Shown here piece by piece: positions 1-27,807 of a stretch of 64,000 nt of DNA (positions within the stretch are counted from its first letter, which is position 1; every line of letters starts with the position of its first letter). The DNA is taken from contig OZ037765.1 of NCBI GenBank assembly GCA_964035545.1, positions 4,040,698-4,104,697 on the forward strand. The letters are read 5' to 3'. The translations under genes and the position numbers were made by a program. The stretch is from Bugula neritina. Taxonomy: Eukaryota > Animalia > Bryozoa. The notes under the pieces are model-generated. The model saw only the letters and a list, made by a program, of their open reading frames with translations. It was not told the DNA's origin and did no database searches.

Positions 1-264
1 ACTAAAGTGCATTGGCTACGTAATTGTCGATTCAGATGTGGCAGTGATGAAATTTTCTTATTCATATTTGCTCAAAATTGTCTCAAAATTGTACTTTCGT
101 AAAAATCTGCAAACATGTGGCTTGGAAATCAATTCAATTCATTGTCTTCAATAGTTATTAATAATTTGTCATCTTTATTCCATTTTATCTATCTAGTCTT
201 AGTAATACTGATCATACAGCGTTATAATATTTATTAGAATATTATTCTGAATTATATATTTTAG

Positions 265-14959
<14,695 letters not shown>

Positions 14960-16339
14960 AACTTGTCTCTCAGCTGCAGCTGTAGAAAGATCTTGTCTGA
15001 TGGATTTACACTACACTATGTCTTCTAGACACACATGCTACTTTTTTCCATATTTTGCAAAGTTTGTTATTCAATATTAATACTTTAGGTAATATTTTTG
15101 ATATTATAAAATGTATTTTTTTTATTTCCATTATATTTCTTAGCATATCACGTATGCAAGGAAACTCTTTCATGCTATTTCTATTTCATAGTTTATTGTA
15201 AATTTTGATTTTTGTATTTATCTATCGATGTTTCTAAGTGATTCAATCAAATAAATTAAAATGTGATAATGAAACCATCTGAAACTTGAAATGAAAAATG
15301 CAGTTAGCAGTGCCTATAATGCTATCTGTCAGCTAAAATTACGTTGGTGCTACTTTAAATTTATTATATACATCCCTTATCACACACAGACACAGCTTAC
15401 ACTTTAACTTTTCAGTTCAAGCTCATAACATATTATTTGCCTTTTCTGGCAGCAATTTGTTTAGATCATCTAATTCTTGCATCTTAAAACTTCACAAGCT
15501 TTCCTAAGTTATCTCAATGTTAAGGAGTCATGACTACTCATACAGATATTCCAACCTTTCTCCCTGACTTACTCCAACTTTCACAACTAATTTATCATCT
15601 TAACCAATGAGGAAGCATGATGTGTGTTGGTCATCACTTGAGTCCAAAACATGAATTTCACCACATTGTTTATTTCATGATAAGAGTTCACTAGAAAGTT
15701 TTGGCCGGAGACCTGGCACAGCGAAACTGTAATCAGCATACTATTCCCAACAAACGAGAGCCACTACTACCTGCAAACCCAGTAGTTTGGTTTTAAATAT
15801 CTATATTATTTGAGGAGTTTCAAAATGTAATTTGGTAGCAGTTTTTACATTTCATTTTACAGCAAAATGCTCTACATCTAAATAACTCTGCAAACTGTAA
15901 ACACTGCAAACTATTGGTGTTTTATATTCAGTATAGTTGTTAACCCACCCCAGATGCTATACGTGCTTGCAGTATACTAAATTTAGACCCAAGCAGTCTT
16001 ATTGTGGTGGTTCGTGGAACTACCAGCAGCACAACATGTAGGGTCGCGTAATTGACCCGGAACAATGGATAGCCAATTAGCGTAGTTGATAGTTAGCAGC
16101 AATTGTAGTTTCCCGCTGCTAACTCAGTCGAAGCTAGAGTGTGAAATAGATTGGATGTGTAACTTGTTAGAAATAATGTATCGTGTTTTTATGATGTATA
16201 GTTGTGTATAAAATATACTCGTTCTCTCGACTTAGCCTGGTGCAGTTCTATACTAGATAAATAGACTCTCTGGATAGCATATCAACCCTAAATCTGAAAA
16301 ATATAACAGTGGTGGCAGCAGTGGGATAGTGCATCCAAG

Positions 16340-17293
16340 ATGGAGACTGAAAATGCTGAAACTCAACCACCGGCAATCGAAGGTGAGCGTAGAGACAATG
16401 CTGTAGAGACAATGCCTGTTAACCATGTAGTAGAAGAGCGAAGGGTTCCGCGAGAACTAGCTGAAGACCGCTACAGGTTAAAGGCACCCACCTTCACGGG
16501 TGAAGAGGAGGTGGAACAATTTATTCAAGAGTTTAGCGACGTAATGGACGTCGCTCAGTGGCCCCCTAGGGTGGCCCTGCTGAAGCTTAGAATGGCATTG
16601 ATGGACAAAGCAAAGCCCTATGGGCTGGGCGTAGACATTGATAATATCTTTGCTTCTCTGCGGGCCCGCTTTGGCCTCTCGGCTACAGATGCCAGGGCCC
16701 GATTACAGAGGTTGCGGCGTGATCCCCGCACCCCGCTGCGGGAGCATGCCGCCGCGGTCATGAAGCTGGCACAGATCGCGTACAGCGACTTGCCCCCAGT
16801 CAACCGCGAGAGGTACACCCTCGACGCTTTCATAGCATCTGTCGACGATTTGGGTCTCCACCACCAGTTTCTAGCTAGAGGAGTCACCACCGTTGAAGAT
16901 GCTCTGACTGAGGGGGAAGCTTACCTCCTAGCTAACCAAATGCATAAAAGTCGCGGAAGCTCCCGCCAAGTGGAGATAGACCGCGCAGACACGGCCGCGG
17001 GACAAGGGGAGGAAACCCCCGCCGCGGCTGCCGTGTCCCAGTTGGCGACGGCATCAAAAGTCACTCAACTGACGGACATGCTAGCCAAGCTGATAGCAAC
17101 ACTGACACCACAAAACCCAGTGAGTACCGCCCCTGAGCCCATGCGGCCATCGGCGCCGCCACAGGGAGAAACAGTCAGTTTTTGCTGGGAGTGCGGAAAT
17201 CAAGGACATTTCCGCCGATATTGTCCCTTCCTAAATCAGGGGTTAAACTACCGCGGCCCGCAGATGTTCCCACCTTCCGCGGGCCGACGATGA
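16340..17293 (+). CDS. gag: Gag, copy 2
   Basis: 317 aa, near-identical to copy 1, with CCHC knuckle. Confidence 0.93.
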   Translation: METENAETQPPAIEGERRDNAVETMPVNHVVEERRVPRELAEDRYRLKAPTFTGEEEVEQFIQEFSDVMDVAQWPPRVALLKLRMALMDKAKPYGLGVDIDNIFASLRARFGLSATDARARLQRLRRDPRTPLREHAAAVMKLAQIAYSDLPPVNRERYTLDAFIASVDDLGLHHQFLARGVTTVEDALTEGEAYLLANQMHKSRGSSRQVEIDRADTAAGQGEETPAAAAVSQLATASKVTQLTDMLAKLIATLTPQNPVSTAPEPMRPSAPPQGETVSFCWECGNQGHFRRYCPFLNQGLNYRGPQMFPPSAGRR

Positions 17294-20200
17294 AACCTCT
17301 AGGGAAGAAGAAACGCAGGTCACCCAGACGGGTACCGCGTACTGGCAACCAACAGTGGCAACAGCCACGACGGACCAGCAAGGGGCTTCGCCCCGCGGCT
17401 GCCTTTTCTATGCCCCTTCACAACAGATTCACAGGGCTGCAAGTCCAAGAATCTGGATGGGAGCACACAAAGGTAGCTGAGGATCTAGCCTCGGCACCCC
17501 CGAGGCCTACCCATCACCGCCCCAAGAGACCTCCTTCGCGACCCAAAGCGAGGGAGGTACTCCCTGCGAGAGTAAGGCCTGAAGGGAGAGTTCAGGTGCA
17601 GCCCCATGGGAACAGCTATTTCTTGCCCGGTAAACTGGAAGGCAAAGCTGTTACTTTTCTCATTGATTCGGGCTGTACCACAAACCTCTTAAGCCGCCAA
17701 CTCTTCGACACCCTCAGTGCTAGGGTCAGGGGCGAGATGGAAGCATACGAAGGGGAATACGGCACCCTAGCTGACGGGTCGTGCCTTCCCTTCTATGGTA
17801 TAATTGAGCTGACGGGACAAGTCCGCGATCAAACGATCCAAGAGACGTTCATCGTCAGTCAGCTCAAGGAGGATGCTATCCTCGGGATGCCGTTCCTTAA
17901 ACGGCATGGATGTCACATAGATTTTAGCAGATCTGCCATGATGATGTCCGGGCGGGAACTCGCCTGCGTCGACAAGTTCGGCTGCCCTTTAGTGGGAGGT
18001 GTGCAAGTGGTACGCAACCGTACCATACCAGGCCGCTCCCGGGCTACCATTCACTGCAGGGTGAATAGTAGCCGGATCTCTGGACTCGGGGTGGTTGAAG
18101 GCGCGCACGAAAAGATCCAACTTGCCAGCAGTCTGAACCAGCTGACTGAGCAAGGGGAGATCTTAGTGCAGTGCGTCAACCCCTTTACCGAGCCTATCAA
18201 GCTCCCAGCTGGGTCGATGCTGGGCCGTTTTCACTCTGTTCAAGAGGGAGACGTAGGCCCGTCGCTGGGTGATGCGACAGAGGCACTCCCTCGACACCCT
18301 ATTCAGGGACGAGGGGCAGTCCCAACACATCTCCGGGAGTTATACGAGACGGCCAGTAACGGCTGCGCGAGTAACAGAGAGCGCCAGGCTATGGCCAAGT
18401 TACTACGCGACTACGGTGATGTGTTCAGCAGCGGAGAGCATGACGTGGGACTGACTGGAATTGTCAGACACGAAATACCGCTGACTGCAGGGACAGTCCC
18501 TGTCCGGCAGCCCACACGCAGGCTGGGGCCGGAGAAAGAAAAGGAGGTTAGCCGACAAGTACGGGATCTTCTGGATCGGGGACTGATAGAGCCCGCCCAT
18601 AGTGCGTGGAGCTCGCCAGTCGTACTGGTCCGGAAGAAAGACGGCAGTTGGCGGTTCTGTGTGGACTACCGCAAACTCAATAGCGTAACCATACAGGACG
18701 CCTACCCTCTACCTCGTATTGACGAGTCATTGGACGCCCTAGCCGGCAGCAAGTACTTCAGTACGTTAGACTTGCTAAGCGGCTATTGGCAGGTTCCTCT
18801 GAGTCCCGACGCCCAAGAGAAAGCGGTGTTTATCACACGGGACGGTTTGTGGAAGTGGAAGGTGCTGCCCTTCGGGTTAACCTCCGCCCCAGCCACCTTC
18901 CAGAGGCTGATGGAACAAGTCCTTAGCGGACTCCATTGGAAGACACTGCTGGTCTACCTCGATGATGTCATCGTAATCTCTCCAGACTTCGAGACACATG
19001 TCAGTCGTCTGCAGGAGGTTTTCGAGAGACTCCGAGGTGCCGGTCTTAAGCTCAAACCTTCCAAGTGCGCTCTGTTGCAGCCGGAGGTCAAGTACCTGGG
19101 GCACGTTGTCGGTCGAAACGGCGTGGCAACGGATCCCGAAAAGGTACGGGCAGTAGAAGACTGGGTCACCCCTCAAGACTTGACCGGACTCCGGGCTTTC
19201 TTGGGGCTGGTAGGGTATTACAGGCAATACATACCAGACTTTGCGGGCATAGCCCAGCCGTTAAACCGGCTTACCGCAAAGGGAGTGACGTGGCAGTGGA
19301 CTCCAGTCGAACAAGAAGCGTTCGACCGCCTCAAGGGCTGCCTCCTAACGGCGCCCATCTTGGCCTACCCAGACCCCACTCTGGAGTACATCCTAGACAC
19401 GGACGCCAGTGACCAGAATGTTGGCGCTGTGCTGTCGCAAGTGCAGGAAGGCCGAGAGGTAGTAGTAGCCTACTACAGCAAGTCTCTCTCTCCCGCTGAA
19501 CGAAATTACTGCACTACCCGCAAGGAGCTGCTGGCAGTAATCAAGTCAGTGAAGCACTTCAGACCATACCTATATGGCAGGAAGTTCCGGCTGCGTACGG
19601 ATCATGCCTCGCTGATCTGGTTGTGCAGGAGAGCAGAGCCCTCTAGTCAGGTCGCCCGGTGGCTCGAAATCCTAGCTGAATTCTCGTACCGGATCGAACA
19701 CCGACCGGGCAAGAGACACAGCAATGCGGATGGGTTGAGCCGCCGACCTGACGGAGGTTGCAAACAGTGTCTCAACATCGAGAGGAGGGATGGAGGTCCT
19801 CCACGATGCGAGTTGGAGACGCTGGCTCATCACGGAGCACCGTTTGACTGGGATCAAGGTCAACTCAGGCAAAGAGTTGATGAGTCCCCGGAGGATGTAC
19901 AAAACCTCCGCGCCAACCCTGTACTGGCCGGTAATGTTCGAGAGCTGAAGAAGCTCCAAGAAGAGATGCCTGGAGTCGTGGCAGACATCTACCGGGCCAA
20001 AAGGGAAGGGCGACGACCCAGCGAGGAACGCATACGACAGGGATGCGCCGAGTTCCGGCTATACTGTCAGCGTTGGGACTCGCTGCGGATCGGGCAGGAT
20101 GGGTTGCTAACCATCTCTCTAGCTGCCAGCGGCAGACACCCGGAAAGGAAGAGGGTAGTCTGCCCCACAGCCATCCGCCGTGAGTTGATTTGGGATACTC

Positions 20201-21812
20201 ACAAGCAGGCCCACGCAGGGGTCAAGCGAGTGATGTCCAAATTACGACTCCGGTGGTATTGGCCGCAGATGGAGCGTGACGTCCGGCTCAGAGTCAAACA
20301 GTGTGAGATCTGCCAGGCCAGTAAGCATAGCCGCCCCCCTGGTGAAGCAGGACGGCGGAGGCTATATGCTGGCAGGCCCTGGCAAGTAGTCGCTGTAGAC
20401 CTGGTCGGACCCATGCCCCTGACCCCAGAGGCAATAATTGGATCCTAGTACTAACCGACCACTTTACTAGGTGGGCGGATGCTCTGGCTATCCCAGACGC
20501 ATCAGCCCCAACAGTGGCCAGGGCACTAGACCAACATGTATTCTGTTATTTTGGGCTCCCCGAACAGATACACTCTGATCAAGGCGCTCAATTCCAGTCT
20601 CAACTGATGAGCGACCTTTGCCACCTCTGGGGAGTAAATCAGAGCAGGACCACCCCTTACCACCCTCAAGGTAACGGGGTGGTGGAGCGCAACAACCGGA
20701 TGCTAGGTGATGCACTCCGGAGTCTCCTCCTTGGACGAGGTCAAGAGGAATGGGATACGGTGTTGCCGCAAGTCATGCGTGCATACCGTAGCACCCCACA
20801 CACCAGTACTGGTGAGACCCCAAACCTCTTGATGCTCGGGAGGGAGACTCGTGTCCCTGACCATCTCACCTATCACGTTCCAGAGCAGGATAACTCAGTC
20901 CATGAGTATGCCAGTGAACTAGTGGAACGGATGAAGGCCGCACACGAGATACTGCGTCAACAGCAGTGGAAGGTGCGGCACGAAGATTCCGATGAACCAC
21001 CCCTCTATCAAAGAGGAGATAAGGTGTGGATGGTCAATTACCGTAGGCGCCGCGGACAGGCTGATAAGCTGAAGCCTAGGTTCGTAGGCCCCTACGTGGT
21101 CGTCGAGGCTATGCCCAATCATACGTACAAGATTGAGCGCTCAGGACAGGTGTCTATCCAGAATGAGTCTCGCTTGAAACCGTATTGGGCTAGCCCCGGC
21201 GGAGTGGGAGAAGCCCCCCCGTTGTTAGAGCCCAGGAGGCAGACAACAACGCGCGGGCGACGGCGGCATGGACCTGAATACGAAGTGGTCATACCGCGGG
21301 AAGAAAACTTGGTGAGAGAGGAGCGGCAGCTTTTGTCAACAGAAGCGTGTCCGCCACCGCCAAGTCTAATTCCATCACTTCCAGAAACCGAGCCGGTTCC
21401 GGAAGTGCAAACCCCCACGGAGGGAGGGGCTCCATCCGGAGAACAAGAAGAGGTGACCGGGGACGGTGAAGTAGAGACGCCATTAGAGGCCCCTACTAAC
21501 GAACCGGCAAGCGTGTCACCCCCCCTAGAAAGGGGACAGCGTACGAGGCAACCCCCCGCATACTTGAAAGACTTCGTATGTGACTGCGTTAAAAGCGGCA
21601 CACATGAAAGTCTAGGGGAAAACCGTACGAGAAAAGAATCGAGCAAATGTGGGAGTTGTCAACACCACGGAAATATCAACTTTTGTATCGGCGGAAATAG
21701 AAACAAAATTCATCCGCCGGGTGCACAAAGTCTTAATCACGCACCCCAACCACGTTGCTCGATCTTTTCATACGCTGATGCAGTCAAGAGTAGACGTGTT
21801 TCTAAGCAGTAG
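17182..21812 (+). pseudogene. pol: Pol, copy 2, split by a 1-bp deletion in the integrase core
   Basis: C4 at 20423-20426 versus C5 in the other copies; ORFs 17182-20448 and 20514-21812. Confidence 0.9.
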
Positions 21813-21836
21813 TTCAAACCATTTCACACATTCAGT

Positions 21837-22913
21837 ATGTCTTACGACAACAGATCGTGGGGTGAGTCAACTATATCTTAATACGAAACTAGATTGCATC
21901 GCTCAGCTCTGACTCACTGAGTCAATCGAGCTGGAGATAGGTTAGTGAAATACCGTAGTAAGAACTCAGTTTGACTTAGAGATTTTTATAATCTCATTGC
22001 AATACGGTTCTATCTGACTATTCACTATCATTAATCTCTACGAGGTAACTGAATTAGGAGTTGCCAAGCTGTTCAAGCTGACAACACAGCAGTGTACTGT
22101 ACTAACACTGTTGAAACTTTTTCAGATTACACTCGACCCGCTACAACCAGGGTACGGGATAGAACACTTCCCGCTCCGTATCCGGAGGACTATGCTAGCG
22201 GTGACCGGCCTGAGCCACTACGCCGCCGTTGGCGGTGGGTGTCTCCACAAACCGAAGAAGAAATAGAAACAGCCTGGGGGTCCAGAGGACGGACGAGATG
22301 CCAGATCTGTGGTGAAGATTGCGCCTCTCACCGCTCCCTTAAACTACACGTCAATGCTCATCTCCTACTGACCTTCTGCCCCTGCGGGTACAATGATGTG
22401 TATCCCTACCCCGTCACCAGACACAGAGCGGCGGGCTGTTTCCCTGGAGAAAACTATGTGGTCGACGCTAAGCTGTACCCGGAGTTCCTCACATATATAC
22501 GACCTCTGGTAAAGAAGGCCATGCTACTAGCCGTTCTATCCTCGGGGTTCCAACGTGTGTTAGACAACGCCCGCCAACAATCCCCGTTGGTGTCTGACCG
22601 CCCTCCAATTACATACACCCCCGAGGAAACTACATATCCAGAAGAAGGAGAGATCTCCCCTATCCCGGCGAAGAGACGGACCAGGTCCCCCAGTCCACCC
22701 TTACGCCGCAGACGGACACCGTCCCCAGACCCAGTACGATTAGCTACAGTAGAAGAACGCCTCCTACGATTACAAGAAGAGTTCACCCAGCTGGCACCAG
22801 ATCTACTTAACACTACCACAGGACTCTTCCAGCTGAAGGGATCCGTATGCCGTATGAAACGGAAACTGCGTACATGCCAAGCCAAGCACCGGCGTGCCCA
22901 ACAAGGACTCTAG
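21837..22913 (+). CDS. Gypsy ORF3, copy 2 (predicted exons 21837-21861 + 22126-22913)
   Basis: Same mini-exon, donor, TACTAAC and acceptor as copy 1. Confidence 0.78.
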
Positions 22914-25283
22914 TTAGACTACCCGGAGTACTCCAACTCCGCCTCTCGGGGGAAGCCAAGATGTCATGTAAATGTTTGACTGCTTAACAGGTTATTCCCT
23001 GTCTAACACCACAGCTAGCTAGTATTCCTCGTCTATCTACAGCTGGCCAATTGTATGCAACGGATCGTTATAATGACTCTGTCTATTATTATGTCTCTTC
23101 CTGTATATTATGTATTATTTTGTCCACTGATGTATGCAATTACTATTGAATGTTTTTTTATATATATATCAGAAAGATGGCTTTCTGCTGGTGGGGGCGG
23201 TGTGGTGGTTCGTGGAACTACCAGCAGCACAACATGTAGGGTCGCGTAATTGACCCGGAACAATGGATAGCCAATTAGCGTAGTTGATAGTTAGCAGCAA
23301 TTGTAGTTTCCCGCTGCTAACTCAGTCGAAGCTAGAGTGTGAAATAGATTAGATGTGTAACTTGTTAGAAATAATGTATCGTGTTTTTATGATGTATAGT
23401 TGTGTATAAAATATACTCGTTCACTCGACTTAGCCTGGTGCAGTTCTATACTAGATAAATAGACTCTCTGGATAGCATATCAACCCTAAATCTGAAAAAT
23501 ATAACATTATTTGACAAAGAGTCACTGTGTTTATATTACAAGTAGTCTTGATCGGCAAAGACTTACTGTGTTCACATCAGCTAAGACCCACACATATAAT
23601 TTCATGCAGCGAATAATAGCATTCAATGCATAAATTATTCGGTTTTTGTAAACTGCGTAAACGTAAAACGGAAAAAAGTGGCGGAAACGTAAACAGGAGA
23701 AAACAACTCAGAAAAACTTCTAACGACTACTTTTAAACATAAAATCCGGTTGCGTGAGCGTGGCCATAAAATCAGGAAACATCCAAGCCGTCGGCGCACA
23801 AAGAGTTTAGTTACACAACTAGTTTTTATTATGGTGTTGACAATTACATTTTTACCTGCTAATAATTAACTTTTAAACTACAAAACCGAGCCCAATAATT
23901 GTGATTCTCGTAGTTGCATAGATACCAAAACCTTCGATGTTTTACTATTAACTAAATTTTAGTTGTTCAACTAACATTCGTACGACTTAAGTTATCTAGC
24001 CAGCATAATATTATTTTTTTATCGAAATTCCCATTAAAATATCTCATTAAAAACTACAGTGAAAATAAGTTAATATTTATCGTTGCATGTAATTGTTATA
24101 ATAAAAAATGCTTATTATTGTTATCATGCTCATGAGTATTTTCAAACTTTAACTATAAAACGTAGAACTATCGTTAGTATTTATAGTACAATGCTATTTC
24201 AAATAGTGTGACTCAATTAGTATAATTTCATCAAATAAATAATTTGATTAATAAACCAAGTTAATACTTATGGGTTAAAATGCAGAACTTTTTAGTTTTG
24301 TGCTTAAAGTGTCTTACTTCCACTACCTCAAACTTAGGCCTTGTGCTCAAAACTTTGATCGATAACTCACTAGAAGTAAATGAATAGCCATGGCAGCAAA
24401 GTTGTTTTAATTTTTTGTTCTTTAAAATAATATTGTAAAGATGTGAGTGAAATTGTACATACTAGTAACTTGTATGTATTACTGTACAGCATGATGTAAT
24501 CAAAGAACACAATAACTTGAAGAACTATTTGATATTTATGCAATAAAACATAAAATATGATGCAATAATATAAGTAAAAGTAAGAAAAAAAAAAACAAAA
24601 AAAAAAACAAGTTTTTAGTTTTGTATAAAAATGTGTTCAAGGCACAGCAAATAAAAATTACAAAAACATATTTGCTGACGAAATGTCACCAAAATGCTGA
24701 ACAACTGAAACTTCATCATGGCTTATAACGCCTCGCATATAATTGCAAATATGCAACGGCTTATCAAAGCTTTAATGCCCTAAACACCTAATATGAATGT
24801 ACACATTTTGCAAAGTCTTGCTAACAGTTAAAATACCGCTAAATAAATCAATATGTTCTCAGTAGGTCTTCTTTGATGCTACAATACGATCTAGAGGAAA
24901 TATGTAAATAATAATGGAACAATCAGCTGTCATTCTTTACTTTGAAAGTGACAATCGCAATCAGAGTGGTGTGACAGCTACATTGAAACCAAACCAATTT
25001 GTAAAAAGCAACTTGATTACATTGGAGTCTTGTGACGGAGCTGGTGGTTTACTGTTCTGTCAACTCAGCAGTCAACTTCAAAGGACTTGCACATGCTAGC
25101 AAGCAAGTCCTATGAATTTGTAACAGTGAGTAGCGCAGGGAAATATTCCAAGGATTCTCTTCTTGAACACAAACAAAGCTGCCAAAACAAACAATCAACA
25201 AATTACAATTTTCTTCACAAGTGCAAAGCTAATGACAAAACACACAGCAAAAAATAAACAATATAGCTGATTATACAGCTGTA

Positions 25284-27807
25284 CCTTTATCACAGTTATT
25301 AGAACCAGAATGTCCGTAATACTTATTGCATTTATTCTTGGAGCTAATTAAATCTTTGTTCCTGCAACACCAATAAACTGCTCTTGTATTGCGCCTCTTT
25401 GTATACAAGTATTAGTTAAATACTTCTCACCCCACTCTTATCTGTTATATAAAGCAAATCCAGTACTTCCAAGTTTTTAGTTAACTTGACTCCTGGTTCA
25501 TCAAATCTTTTCAAAGTGATAGCTAAGACTTTTGGAAGCTTTGTAAACTGAGACAGTTGTACAGTTATATCTAGACTACTAGAGCTCAAAAATAGTAACA
25601 TGAGTATTTATTCAGTAGTCAGAAATTCTCAAGAATATGGTCCAAAATATTATGTAAACATAAAATACACAAAGTACCCTTCGAAAACATATCCATCTAG
25701 TTTCTTGGAACTGAATTGATGCCCTGCAGTGTGACCTCACTCTGTAACAAATAAAATAGCCAATACAAAAACGTGATGCTATAGTGCCAATAAAATAAAT
25801 GTTCTATTTGTTGCCAAATCACCTCTAATAGAGGAACTGGTAATAAATTCATTGACTGAGCAAATGCTGTTTCAGCATTGCAGAAATGACATTTAGTCAA
25901 CTATTCAACTTCTGACCAGAACAATTTTGTCCCATTGAAGAAAAGAGCATAAGTGTTTAGTGTACCTACTAACTGTCACTTTAGGAATTATAAACTATAC
26001 ATAAGCAACAAATGTGTTCAAGCAATGTTAATGTTACCCAACCTATTGCATCGCATGTTATAAACTTCCATTAATACCTCGGCAACATCATGCTGCTCAT
26101 TATTCATGAAATCAGGTAAAACCTCTAAAAACAAAATATGTATGTAAAAGAAGCCTTAATTGGTGGCTATTCTTGATTAAAATGTCAATTATACATTTGG
26201 TTTTTGATAAGGGATTTGAAATTTATCGTTAGCCATGAAATTCAACCCTTGATCTGTGGAATTGCTACTGGCACAGTAACAAATGAAGCATATATAACCA
26301 AAAAAGAACACTAAAGTGAAACCAAAAGACCAAAACAGTGATCTACTTCTCGATTACAGTATGAAAAAACATGACCATTTATTTCCTATATAAATAGAAC
26401 AAGTTACTTTAAATCTAGGTTTAAAGTCATATTAATCCCCTAAGAAAAAGATAAATTAAAATTTATGTACTCACAATTTACTTGTAGCGGTGGTGTGCGG
26501 TTTATAGTTTGAATACATGCATTTAAAAAGCATGTATTTCCAAAATTAGTTATACCTCTATAATCTGTAAAAATTATCAAAACAACAGGACCATTACAAT
26601 GAATGCTAAACAATGAATATTCTTGACTTCAAATTATATTATCAGAACAACAATTTGGCTTAAAAAAAACCTAGACTTTTTGGCTTATTTAATATGAAAA
26701 AGACTGTTACTCTCACAAGACAAATGTCAAATACACTATATCTGCACCACAAGACCAAAATGAGTCTTAACAGGGTATACAATGGGTTTTAAGATAACAT
26801 GTGACTGAGTGTTATAGCCAATTCATTAAACACATATATGTTTAAGTTCAACTGCATCAATGTGAAAGTTTGATGCACTTTTTCTCAACGATTTGAATAA
26901 AACACTCAAGTAGTATAAGTATTACTATCCATCTTGTCTTAGACTTACTAATTATTAATCAATATACCATAAGTATAGTTATAAGCTTATATTAATATCA
27001 CAATACCATTTAACAATAACTGGTTAGTGAATTACATATATAATTAAATGAATTAAAATAAACATAAGATTAGCAGATGTGAATTACTACTACAGTATTA
27101 GAATAAGAATACCAATACAATTATGAATTATTATTATTAATAATACAAAATTATATTAAAATAATAGGCTAATAATAATACTACACTTTATATAATGACA
27201 ATGATTATCATTATGATTATATTATTATTATTAATATTAATAATTAATTTAATACTAAAATATTAATTAACATAATACTAATACTTATACTTATACCAAG
27301 TTTAATAGTAATAGTAATACTAATAGACAATAGACATAGTAATAGAACTAGTAGCACTAAGTTTAATAGCTATACTAATAGTATTACATTTACTATTAGT
27401 ATTAATATTAGTATTAGTAATATAATTATAATTATAATAAATGTAATTCAATACCTAAAGTTAAAATGATATCGTAATCTATAAGTTATTATATAATTAT
27501 CACTATAACTATAAGTATAAGTATATTAATTATTATTTATATTATTAATTAAACGCTATTAGTATTACTATTAGTATTAGTAAAAGTGATACTATTACTA
27601 TTAGTATTACAGCATTACTATTACTATTGAGTATTAGTATTACTATTAGTATTAGTATTACTATTAGTATTATTAATATTTCTATTAATATTAATATTAT
27701 TATTTATTAAATTTAATCGTTAATATGATTTAGATTATTATTTTAATCGACAATTATTTAGTTTAAAAATGTTATTAATAATTTATAAGCAGATTGAGCT
27801 TACCCAT
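25284..27807 (-). pseudogene. Spliced ubiquitin-specific protease (peptidase C19)-like gene inside the TIR element, probably decayed
   Basis: ATG G|GTAAG at 27807-27804. Exon 26564-26475 gives DYRGITNFGNTCFLNACIQ (Cys box). Exon 26124-26043 gives EQHDVAEVL. A CHFC segment near 25890 is preceded by an in-frame TAG. LPKVLAITLKRF near 25520; GHSGS..KG near 25300. Confidence 0.78.
27100..27760. repeat. Extremely AT-rich low-complexity tract (TAA/TAT/TAG triplets)
   Basis: Composition; lies in the first predicted intron of the USP-like gene. Confidence 0.75.

Larger units (their letters stand above)
16003..23506 (+). mobile_element. Ty3/Gypsy copy 2 (subfamily A), full length, integrase frameshift
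   Basis: LTRs 16003-16308 and 23201-23506 (306 bp, 2 mismatches seen), TSD TTAT; near-identical to copy 1. Confidence 0.98.

Noticed and set aside
24660-25240. Further USP exons or a transposase remnant inside the TIR element
   Set aside because: Candidate frames contain stops and no diagnostic motif; left unassigned.
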